Shown: positions 52,809 through 60,676 of the stretch, piece by piece
How positions within the stretch are numbered: position 1 is the stretch's first letter
Layout: every line of letters starts with the position of its first letter
Origin: Spirochaetia bacterium
GTDB lineage: Bacteria > Spirochaetota > Spirochaetia > CADAEX01
DNA length: 60,676 nucleotides
NCBI GenBank assembly: GCA_034003145.1
Contig: JAVEZE010000001.1
Span: 1 to 60,676, forward strand
Direction: 5' to 3'
The notes under the pieces: model-generated
What the model was told of the DNA's origin: nothing
The model's database searches: none
The model's input: only the letters and a program-made list of their open reading frames with translations
Made by a program: the position numbers and the translations under genes

Positions 52809-53825
52809 TTAACCCATCTCGCTGATTTTGACTGGTCTGTTTTCCTTAAGTGATTTAAGTGCCGCTTTTGCTATTACAACAGAGGCAAGACCGGCATCAC
52901 CTCCAACTGGAACATCTTTACCATTCTTTATTGCTGAGACAAACTCTCCTACCTCAGCAGCATAAGCCTGCATATATCTTTCAAGAAAAAAATAAAGCGG
53001 TTTCTCTTCACATACCGCATCTTTATTGCTTATTTTATTTGTTGAGGGTTTTTCGTTCTCTACAGCTGCGCATCCTGCCGATCCGAAAACTTCGGCTCTC
53101 TGGTCATATCCGTAAACCGCCTGCCTTGAGTTATCAATTACACCGATAGCGCCATTTTCGAATTTAAGGTTTACAATTGCTGTATCAATATCCCCGGCTT
53201 TTCCAATGGCAGGATCAACAAGAACAGTTCCGTTTGCAAAAACTTCAACTACCTCACTACCGGACAAAAATCTTGCGAGATCAAAGTCATGAATCATCAT
53301 GTCGCAGAACAGTCCTCCTGAAACCTTTATATACTCAACAGGAGGCGGAGCAGGATCCCTTGAAGTAATTTTTACAATATGAACATCGCCGATCTTCCCT
53401 TCAACAACACTTTTTTTTAATGCTCTGAAGTTGCGGTCAAATCTCCTGTTAAAACCAACCTGAAATTTCACTCCGGCATCTTTGACTGCTTTCAGGGTTT
53501 CTTTTATCCTGTTTATATCAAGGTCTATCGGTTTTTCACAAAAAATATCTTTTCCTGCTTTTGCCGCCTCGATTGTAATCTCTGCATGTGTATCTGTTGA
53601 TGAGCAGATAAGAACAGCATCTATATCCTTTCTTGCAAGGATATCCTTATAATCTTTTGAAACATCTTTTACTCCAAGATTACTGAAAAATATTTTCCCT
53701 TCCTCAGTAATAAAAGGATCAGCAACAGCGGCTACCTCTGCATCCGGAATATGGAATGTTACGCTTTCTGCGTGTACGCGGCCGATTCTTCCGGCGCCGA
53801 TTATACCTAATTTGATTTTTTCCAC
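52809..53825 (-). CDS. iolG: inositol 2-dehydrogenase-like Gfo/Idh/MocA oxidoreductase
   Basis: GIIGAGRIGRVH, FCEKP, QVGFNRRFD and DMMIHDFD follow the IolG block pattern as I recall it from B. subtilis IolG. Confidence 0.65.
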   Translation of the reverse strand: MEKIKLGIIGAGRIGRVHAESVTFHIPDAEVAAVADPFITEEGKIFFSNLGVKDVSKDYKDILARKDIDAVLICSSTDTHAEITIEAAKAGKDIFCEKPIDLDINRIKETLKAVKDAGVKFQVGFNRRFDRNFRALKKSVVEGKIGDVHIVKITSRDPAPPPVEYIKVSGGLFCDMMIHDFDLARFLSGSEVVEVFANGTVLVDPAIGKAGDIDTAIVNLKFENGAIGVIDNSRQAVYGYDQRAEVFGSAGCAAVENEKPSTNKISNKDAVCEEKPLYFFLERYMQAYAAEVGEFVSAIKNGKDVPVGGDAGLASVVIAKAALKSLKENRPVKISEMG

Positions 53826-53946
53826 GACTTTATCTCCTGTTTATATATCAAGAAGGATAAAATGAGCCAAATAACCTCACTTACCCCTCTCACAGACCCG
53901 TTCGTACAGGTCTCGCATACGGCTCAAAAACTGCCGGATATTATTT

Positions 53947-54942
53947 TTATCTTTTGGCAGCAAGTCTCTTTGACTTGGCTTCTGCTCTTGCTCTAAGTAC
54001 ATCAACATAAACCGCAACAATAATTACAAGACCGATTACAACAAGCTGCATATCTGCAGATGCGCCGATAAGGTTCAGCCCGTTTCTCAATACTGTAATA
54101 AGAAGAGAACCGATCAATGTGCCCCAGATTGTTCCTTTTCCTCCAAGGAATGAAACACCTCCGATAATACAGGATGCAATTGCATCCATATCAGAAGTAG
54201 ATCCCGCAAGGGGGAAAGCTGTATTAAGACGGCCTACCATAACCAGCGCTGCGAATGCACACATAAATCCGCAAATTGCATATACGATAACCAGTATTTT
54301 ATTTACATTAAGTCCGGAAAGTCTTGCTGCCTCTTTATTGCCCCCGACCGCATAGATATGCCGTCCTAAAGCTGTTTTATTCAGAAAAATATGAATACCT
54401 AAATACATTACAATAACAATTATAAAACTTACCGGTATCCCAAAAACTATATCACCTGTTCCAGGATACTGTACCGCTTTGGGAAATCCTGATATGGGCG
54501 ATGCGGCTGTGATAAGAAGAGCCAGCCCCCTGAAAATATTTCTGGTACCGATTGTAGAGATAAATGGATGGGGAAGGCGTAATTTGGTAAGCAGAATACC
54601 ATTGATATAACCGACAAAAGTACCTGAACCAAAACCAGCCGCGATCAGGAGAACTGGATTCATGATGCCGTTTTTAATCATTACTCCCATTACACAAGCG
54701 GCAAAAGCTGTTATCGAACCTACGGACAGGTCAATACCGCCGGTAAGAATAACCATCATCATACCTGCAGCGATAAGGCTGTTGATGGAAGCCTGTCTCA
54801 TTATATTTGTGATATTCCCGACTGTCATAAACTGCTCAGTTCCAAGCGATAAAGCTATACTAACCAGTACAAGCGCGAGAAGCGGCCCAAGTTTGGACAG
54901 CACCTCTTTATAATCAATATTTTTACCATTCATGTTTTTCAT
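53947..54942 (-). CDS. sugar ABC transporter permease (RbsC/AraH type)
   Basis: 331-aa polytopic protein carrying the GGIDLSVGS motif typical of RbsC-family permeases. Confidence 0.85.
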   Translation of the reverse strand: MKNMNGKNIDYKEVLSKLGPLLALVLVSIALSLGTEQFMTVGNITNIMRQASINSLIAAGMMMVILTGGIDLSVGSITAFAACVMGVMIKNGIMNPVLLIAAGFGSGTFVGYINGILLTKLRLPHPFISTIGTRNIFRGLALLITAASPISGFPKAVQYPGTGDIVFGIPVSFIIVIVMYLGIHIFLNKTALGRHIYAVGGNKEAARLSGLNVNKILVIVYAICGFMCAFAALVMVGRLNTAFPLAGSTSDMDAIASCIIGGVSFLGGKGTIWGTLIGSLLITVLRNGLNLIGASADMQLVVIGLVIIVAVYVDVLRARAEAKSKRLAAKR

Positions 54943-54951
54943 CTTTTACTC

Positions 54952-56454
54952 CTATATGGCGCTGTCATCCCAGGATGCATGCATAATATCTTCCTGATTA
55001 AACTGCTTGTTTCCCCTTTTTATTTCAGCAGTTATACTTCCATTTCTCATAACAAGAACCCTGTCGCTCATTCCAAGAATCTCAGTTAACTCTGAAGATA
55101 TCATTATGATGGCTTTTCCCTGTTCAAGAATTTTATTCATCAGATTATAAACTTCAACCTTTGCCCCGACATCAATGCCGCGGGTAGGTTCATCAAATAT
55201 ATATATTTCAGCATCGCTGTTAAGCCATTTTCCGACAACAACTTTCTGCTGATTGCCGCCGCTTAACTGTTCCGCGAGTGTATCAGGACCAGGTGTTTTA
55301 ATTTGCAATGATTTAATATTATGATCAACTGCTTTACCTATTTTACTGTCGTCAAGAAAAAGACCTTTTTTAAACTTCCAAAGACATGTAATTATCAAAT
55401 TTGAAAGAATCGATGCACCAAGGACCAAACCTTGTGTTTTTCTGTCTTCTGTCAAAAGAGCGAATCTGTTCCTGACTGCAACTTCCGGACTGTAAATGTT
55501 TTCTTCTTTGCCGTTTAAATACAATTTACCCTCATCAATAGGATCAGCCCCAAATATTCCCCTGATAAGTTCTGTCCGGCCGGCTCCCACAAGACCAGAA
55601 AAACCGAGTATTTCTCCTCTTGAAAGAGAAAAATTAATCTTTTGATATACCCCGTATCTTGTAAAATTTTCTACCCTAAGTATTTCCTCACCTTTTTTAA
55701 ATTCTATTTTTGGAAACTGTTGGGTTATCTCCCGGCCTACCATATTGTGAATAAGTAGATCATTTGTAAAATCTGTAACAGGTCCAGTTATAACATGCTG
55801 CCCGTCCCTGAAAACAGTAACCTTATCGCACAATTCAAATATCTCTTCCAGCTTGTGCGAAACAAACAGAATACCGACTCCGCGGCTTTTTAATTTGCGG
55901 ACAGCTTTTACAAGTTCATTAACCTCTGTCTCACTAAGACTGGATGTAGGTTCGTCCATAATCAGCAGCTTTATATCTTTTGTAATAGCTTTTACAATCT
56001 CAACCATCTGCTGATGCCCCATCCCAAGTTTTTCTATAGGCAAAGTTGGATCAATATCCTGTCCCAAATCTTTCAGGAGTTCTCTTGCTTTTTTATGCAT
56101 TGTCTCATAATCGAGTAATCCGGATCTTTTCTTCAACTGGCATCCCAGAAAAATATTATCAGTTACAGAAAGCTGAGGAATATTGTTAAGCTCCTGATAA
56201 ATACACCCAATTTCAAGATCAATTGCGTGTTTCGTGTTTTCAATTTTTATAGGATTCCCTTTTAAAATTAATTTTCCTTTTTCAGGGGTATGGACACCTG
56301 TAAGGATTTTTATAAATGTTGATTTACCGGCGCCATTCTCGCCAATGAGACCATGAATCTCTCCCTGAAAAAGATCCAAAGAGACATTATTAAGAGCAAC
56401 AACCCCTGGAAACTTTTTTGTAATATTTTCCAGTTTTATAAATGGTTGAGTCAT
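54952..56454 (-). CDS. sugar ABC transporter ATP-binding protein with duplicated ATPase domains (RbsA type)
   Basis: 500 aa. First domain: GENGAGKST, with IMDEPTSSL. Second domain: degenerate Walker A GLVGAGRTE, signature LSGGNQQK and FDEPTRGID. Confidence 0.9.
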   Translation of the reverse strand: MTQPFIKLENITKKFPGVVALNNVSLDLFQGEIHGLIGENGAGKSTFIKILTGVHTPEKGKLILKGNPIKIENTKHAIDLEIGCIYQELNNIPQLSVTDNIFLGCQLKKRSGLLDYETMHKKARELLKDLGQDIDPTLPIEKLGMGHQQMVEIVKAITKDIKLLIMDEPTSSLSETEVNELVKAVRKLKSRGVGILFVSHKLEEIFELCDKVTVFRDGQHVITGPVTDFTNDLLIHNMVGREITQQFPKIEFKKGEEILRVENFTRYGVYQKINFSLSRGEILGFSGLVGAGRTELIRGIFGADPIDEGKLYLNGKEENIYSPEVAVRNRFALLTEDRKTQGLVLGASILSNLIITCLWKFKKGLFLDDSKIGKAVDHNIKSLQIKTPGPDTLAEQLSGGNQQKVVVGKWLNSDAEIYIFDEPTRGIDVGAKVEVYNLMNKILEQGKAIIMISSELTEILGMSDRVLVMRNGSITAEIKRGNKQFNQEDIMHASWDDSAI

Positions 56455-56535
56455 TATTTTCTCCCATGATTATTTTAAATACCCTTTCCGAAACGGAAAG
56501 GGTATTATCAAACTAAATCAGTAACTACACTTCTA

Positions 56536-57495
56536 TTATTTGCCAAGCATTTTTTTAAGATCGTCACTGTATGCCTGCACATTGGATGCATCAATCATTT
56601 TCGCACCAGTATCAATTCTTTTTTCAACAGCTTCGCCTTTGGCAGCTTTGATTGCATTCTCAACACCCATATAACCTATATTATAGGGACTCTGGGCAAC
56701 TGAGCCTTTAAATGTTTTACCTTTCATAATCTCTTCAACTGCAACAGGTATAGCATCAAAACCGATAACAATGATGTTTTTGCCTGATTTCTCTACAGCC
56801 CGGTTGGCGCCAATTGCCATAGCATCGCTTGTACAGAATACACCCTTGATATTGGGATTAGCCTGAATCAGGTTTTCCATAACATCCATGGCTTTTGCCA
56901 TATCGCTGTCAGCTGGCTGAATATCTATGACTTTACATCCGCCGGCTTTTGCAGCTTCTGCTGCGCCGCTGCTTCTCTGATCATGTGTAAGGTCGCCAAG
57001 AGCGCCTCTTACAATAACAATTTCAGCTCCTGCGCCAAGTTTTTTCGCGATATATTCACCGCCGATTTTGCCAGCTGCTTCATTTCCTGTTCCAAGAAAA
57101 GTAACTTTTTTATCCCAGTCTGCATTTGTATCTGCAAGAAGAACAGGTATACCTGCCGCATCTGCTTTGTCAAATACGGAAATCGCGGCTTTAGGCTGTG
57201 AAGGAGCAACTACAAGTGCAGCTACTTTCTTTGTTATCATATCTTCCATCATAGATACCTGCTGCATAACTTCTGTCTCGGCATTCGGGCCATTGTATAA
57301 AACTTCAACATCAAAATCCTTGCCTGCAGCCATTGCACCAGCCTGAACAATTTTCCAGTAATCACCTGTGTTGTCTTTAACAACATAACCGATTTTCATT
57401 TTTCCGCCATCTGCTTCTTTCTTGCCGCCTGCAAAAACTGCAGAAGTGATAAGAACACAGATGATAAGTGCAAAAAGCAATACTCTCTTTGTCAT
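56536..57495 (-). CDS. sugar ABC substrate-binding protein (RbsB/PBP-type-1 family)
   Basis: Signal peptide (VFAGGKKE) and a periplasmic-binding-protein type 1 pattern. I placed the start at ATG 57495 (MTKRVLL), 5 nt after GGAGG. The track start 57507 overlaps that RBS. Confidence 0.85.
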   Translation of the reverse strand: MTKRVLLFALIICVLITSAVFAGGKKEADGGKMKIGYVVKDNTGDYWKIVQAGAMAAGKDFDVEVLYNGPNAETEVMQQVSMMEDMITKKVAALVVAPSQPKAAISVFDKADAAGIPVLLADTNADWDKKVTFLGTGNEAAGKIGGEYIAKKLGAGAEIVIVRGALGDLTHDQRSSGAAEAAKAGGCKVIDIQPADSDMAKAMDVMENLIQANPNIKGVFCTSDAMAIGANRAVEKSGKNIIVIGFDAIPVAVEEIMKGKTFKGSVAQSPYNIGYMGVENAIKAAKGEAVEKRIDTGAKMIDASNVQAYSDDLKKMLGK

Positions 57496-57516
57496 AAATT
57501 CCTCCATTATTGAATT

Positions 57517-57553
57517 ATTACGGTAATTATAACACAGCTTTTTGGTTTGTCAA
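57517..57553 (-). promoter_or_regulatory. promoter TTGACA-16-TATAAT for the sugar ABC operon, with the 11-bp dyad ATTACGGTAAT at -10/+1
   Basis: Minus strand: -35 at 57548-57553, -10 at 57526-57531 (preceded by TGT), dyad at 57517-57527. Confidence 0.6.
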
Positions 57554-57629
57554 CTTTATTTATAAATGTCTTTACGTATTATGAATTAGGCTTTATGCTT
57601 ATTAATAAAATGAGATTCCGAGGTTAAAA

Positions 57630-58847
57630 ATGAGCCCAACAGGCGCAAAGCCAAAGTCACTAAAAAATAAAAACCAGAAGCTTGTATTTAAGCTATTCAG
57701 GGAAAATGATTATATATCAATAACCGAAGCAGCTAAAACAATTAAACTCAGTAAAACCACAGTTATTAAAATATTTGAATATTTAATACAAAAAAACCTG
57801 ATTATTTTTAAAGGCAAGGGAATTTCCAGCAGCAAGGGGGGTAAAAAACCTGATCTTTACGGGTTAAACCATTTATACGGCTATACAATATCTGTTCATA
57901 TTTTAGATATTAAAATCCGCCTGGTAACTACCGATACAAACGCGAATATTGAAATCGACAGGACAATTCCTATTGGCAATAATGAACCAATAGAAAATGT
58001 AATTTCAATAACTTCAAATTTTATCAATGAAGTAACTTCTGATGCTGTTTATATATCACGAAAATTACTTGGACTTTCCATCGCTGCCCCTGGAGTTGCT
58101 GATTCTGAAAAAGGAGAAATACTGACCGCTTCACGGTTCCCTTCATGGAAATATAAAACTCCTATAATAAGAATGCTAAAAGAAAAAACTTCTGAAAATT
58201 TTAATTTTCACCTTGATAATCAGATCAGGTTTATATGCCTGGCAGAACAGGCAATCGGCAAAGCCAGAAACACAAAGAATTTTCTTGTGTTTTCCGCAGG
58301 TTCTGAAGGCGTCGGCGGCGGTATCATAATTAAAGGGAATATGTATATAGGTAATAATTATCTTGCCGGTGAAATTGGCCATATCAGGATTGACCCGGCA
58401 TCCCAGGAAGTGTGTCACTGCGGAGGAAGAGGGTGTTTTGAAAATGTCATATCATATGATAAAATCATTAACAGAGCAAAAGAATTATACAAAGAAAGCG
58501 GTAATACAGAAGATTCTGGTTCACTTACAATTTCAATTATTTTTAATGACTCAAATAATGGGAATCCTGCTGCAATGAAAGTAATGGAAGAGTTTGCAGA
58601 ATTATACGCTATCGGAATATCCAACGTATGCATGATGATTGATCCTGAACTGATTATTATTACAGGCGAAATTGTTGATGCAGGTGATTTTTTTATTGGT
58701 AAATTAAGGGAAAAAATATCTGATATTTCACTGAACAATATGAGGAAATATTATGATATTCAATACACATCTTTTAAAAAAAATGGAAGTATCCTGGGCG
58801 GGGCAATCCATTCAATAAACACCTTTTTTGACAGCTTCTTTTTTTGA
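57630..58847 (+). CDS. ROK-family transcriptional regulator (N-terminal wHTH + ROK sugar-kinase-like domain)
   Basis: 405 aa with the N-terminal HTH ISITEAAKTIKLSKTTVIKIF. ROK Zn motif GHIRIDPASQEVCHCGGRGCFE. Confidence 0.85.
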   Translation: MSPTGAKPKSLKNKNQKLVFKLFRENDYISITEAAKTIKLSKTTVIKIFEYLIQKNLIIFKGKGISSSKGGKKPDLYGLNHLYGYTISVHILDIKIRLVTTDTNANIEIDRTIPIGNNEPIENVISITSNFINEVTSDAVYISRKLLGLSIAAPGVADSEKGEILTASRFPSWKYKTPIIRMLKEKTSENFNFHLDNQIRFICLAEQAIGKARNTKNFLVFSAGSEGVGGGIIIKGNMYIGNNYLAGEIGHIRIDPASQEVCHCGGRGCFENVISYDKIINRAKELYKESGNTEDSGSLTISIIFNDSNNGNPAAMKVMEEFAELYAIGISNVCMMIDPELIIITGEIVDAGDFFIGKLREKISDISLNNMRKYYDIQYTSFKKNGSILGGAIHSINTFFDSFFF

Positions 58848-58906
58848 CAGTCAGGTTAATAATCTGCTCTTTGCATCTGTTGTTTATATTCTATTCCCCG
58901 TAAAAA

Positions 58907-59923
58907 TCAGGAAATAAAATATTTTTCAATCAAATCTGCTGTTTTTAATATATCAGGCTTATTTACATCAAGATGAGTTACAAACCTGATTATCTTGCCA
59001 GGCAGAATCAATATGCCATCATTTTTAAGTACGCTAGCAAGTGATGCAGGGTCTCCTTTAAGGAGTTTTACAAAAACCATATTGGTAGCCTGGTAAATAA
59101 TTTCCATCTCCTTTATATCTGATAAACCTTCTGCAAGTAATTTCGCGTTTTCATGATCCTCACAAAGTCTTTCTATATTATTCTCAAGCGCGTAAAGCCC
59201 TGCCGCGGCGATAATACCGGCCTGCCTCATTCCACCGCCAAGGACTTTTCGCCATCTTCTTGCTGTATCGATATTTTCCTTTTTCCCGCACATAAGCGAG
59301 CCTATAGGCGCGCCAAGTGCTTTTGAAAGGCACACAGACACTGTATCAAAGAGGGATGCTATCTCTTTTGCCGGAACATTTGCGGCGGCGGCTGCGTTGA
59401 AAAGCCGTGCACCGTCAAGATGGAAAGAAAGGTTTTTTCCCCTGCAAAAAAGGGATGCCTCTTTCATGTAATCAAGAGGAAGCGCTTTTCCGTCCTGCGT
59501 ATTTTCAAGGCATAAAAGCCGTGTTCTTGCAAAATGAAAATCATCCGGCTTTATCTTTGCCTCAACCTCATCAAGTGAGAGCGTACCGTCTCCCTTAAAC
59601 TCTACCGGCTGCGGCTGGATGCTCCCAAGGACGGCAGCCCCTCCCCCCTCGTGGCTGTAACAGTGAGCGCTCTGCCCGGCAATGTATTCATCCCCTCTTT
59701 CGCAGTGGCTCATTATGGAAAGAAGGTTAGCCTGAGTTCCGCTTGATACAAACAGGGCGCTTTCCGTGCCGAGCAGGGAGCATATCCTCTCCTCAAGTTT
59801 TTTAACTGTCGGATCGTCTCCAAGGACATCATCCCCGACCTCAGCTTCATACATAGCCTTCCTCATACCTTCGGTCGGTTTTGTTACAGTGTCGCTTCTG
59901 AAATCTATAATCATTTTTTCCAT
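58907..59923 (-). CDS. ltaE: low-specificity L-threonine aldolase
   Basis: The N-terminus IDFRSDTVTKPT and GDDVLGDDPTV are characteristic of LtaE/GLY1-type aldolases. The PLP lysine context is CLSKALGAP. Confidence 0.8.
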   Translation of the reverse strand: MEKMIIDFRSDTVTKPTEGMRKAMYEAEVGDDVLGDDPTVKKLEERICSLLGTESALFVSSGTQANLLSIMSHCERGDEYIAGQSAHCYSHEGGGAAVLGSIQPQPVEFKGDGTLSLDEVEAKIKPDDFHFARTRLLCLENTQDGKALPLDYMKEASLFCRGKNLSFHLDGARLFNAAAAANVPAKEIASLFDTVSVCLSKALGAPIGSLMCGKKENIDTARRWRKVLGGGMRQAGIIAAAGLYALENNIERLCEDHENAKLLAEGLSDIKEMEIIYQATNMVFVKLLKGDPASLASVLKNDGILILPGKIIRFVTHLDVNKPDILKTADLIEKYFIS

Positions 59924-60057
59924 TTTTCCATCCTTTTTTTTAGGCTCAACCTGATTAAGGGTACATCTTAAAAATAAATAGTACTATAATTAAAGCTGCA
60001 AATAAATATTTATTTATGCTCAATTGCATATCAGGAAAAAAGGAGAAGTGCATTATT

Positions 60058-60676
60058 TTGACTAATCAGATTTCAGGGGGAGCAGTTCCTTCAGGCAGGG
60101 CTGATGTAATTGTAATAGGAACCGGATTTGCCGGCTTAAGCGCAGCCATTGAAGCCCATAATGCCGGCGCATCTGTTGTTATCATAGAAAAAATGCATGC
60201 CCCCGGGGGCAACTCCCTGATCAGCGACGGAGGTATTGCAGCAGCCGGTACAGTAGAGCAGAAGAAAGCAGGTATAACTGATTCACCAGAACTCTTTTAC
60301 AAAGACATGATGAGAGCAGGGCTTGGAATCAATCATCCTGAGCTTGTAAAAACTGTAACTGATAATTCAAAAGAAGCCTATGAATGGCTGCGTGACTATA
60401 TCGGCGTTCCATTCCTTGAAAAGATCGAGATATTCGGCGGACACTCTGTCCCGAGATGTTTCACACCTGAAGGGATTTCAGGGGCCGTGATTGTAAAAAA
60501 ACTGATACAGAAAATAAAAGAAAAAAATATTAAAATCATGTTTCACACACACTTCACCGGTTTCATCAGGAATACCGGAGGAAAAGTAACAGGGATAGAG
60601 GTTACTGAAAACTATAATTATAAAAAAGGGGATACAGGAAGTATAAAACATATAATTGCAGACAAGGCTGTGATAC
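60058..60676 (+). CDS. FAD-dependent flavoprotein of the fumarate-reductase/flavocytochrome-c family, N-terminal part (continues beyond the right edge)
   Basis: My own translation gives TNQISGG...ADVIVIGTGFAGLSAAIEAHNAGASVVIIEKMHAPGGNSLISDGGIAAAG, the FAD_binding_2 N-terminus. The start is a tentative TTG at 60058, 12 nt after AGGAG. Confidence 0.7.
   Translation, partial: MTNQISGGAVPSGRADVIVIGTGFAGLSAAIEAHNAGASVVIIEKMHAPGGNSLISDGGIAAAGTVEQKKAGITDSPELFYKDMMRAGLGINHPELVKTVTDNSKEAYEWLRDYIGVPFLEKIEIFGGHSVPRCFTPEGISGAVIVKKLIQKIKEKNIKIMFHTHFTGFIRNTGGKVTGIEVTENYNYKKGDTGSIKHIIADKAVI

Noticed and set aside
1-60676. CRISPR arrays, tRNA/rRNA genes, insertion sequences, integrases, toxin-antitoxin pairs and defence systems
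   Set aside because: I looked through every intergenic gap longer than 100 nt and the ORF list. I found no regularly spaced repeats, no cloverleaf-like GC-rich 70-90-nt segments, no transposase- or integrase-like ORFs, and no small paired ORFs outside annotated operons.

Overview
This is a 60.7-kb bacterial chromosomal segment, moderately AT-rich by eye. I count 60 protein-coding genes, 50 on the minus strand and two cut by the window edges. I found no rRNA, tRNA, CRISPR array, transposase, integrase or phage genes. Almost everything is transport plus catabolism. Left third (1-19.2 kb): a partial aminotransferase, a polar-amino-acid ABC transporter, a LysO-family exporter, a PfkB kinase, a GDPD, a HAD-IIB phosphatase, an overlapping DHH-phosphoesterase / mevalonate-kinase-like pair, a PotABCD-type ABC transporter, a membrane GT2, two nitroreductases and NfnAB-type oxidoreductase genes. 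Middle (19.3-43.9 kb): a large catabolic island with no recognisable substrate. It holds a Liv-type ABC transporter with two tandem binding proteins, a TctCBA transporter, three MDR Zn-dehydrogenases, SDR, 2-hydroxyacid dehydrogenase, creatininase-family, DHDPS-family, UPF0261, TIM-barrel and cupin proteins. It also holds a tightly coupled C_GCAxxG / CoADR-rhodanese / LrgAB module. Three of its promoters carry the same 13-bp dyad, ATTGTA-N-TACAAT, just downstream of the -10 element. I read this as the operator of the FadR-type GntR regulator encoded inside the island. Right third (45.8-58.8 kb): a second GntR regulator whose likely operator (TGGTATACCA) sits inside the promoter of a five-gene operon. 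The enzyme families of that operon match, from memory, the Thermotoga-type oxidative inositol pathway (IolG/IolN/IolO/IolM-like). An Rbs-type sugar ABC transporter, an IolG-like dehydrogenase, a Hyi-like isomerase and a ROK regulator follow, then a threonine aldolase and a partial flavoprotein. The strongest candidates for something undescribed are the shared-operator catabolic island, the second creatininase/DHDPS/UPF0261 module, the CoADR-rhodanese/LrgAB module and the DHH/GHMP-kinase pair. All calls rest on motif recognition by eye and hand alignment. No searches or folding programs were run.
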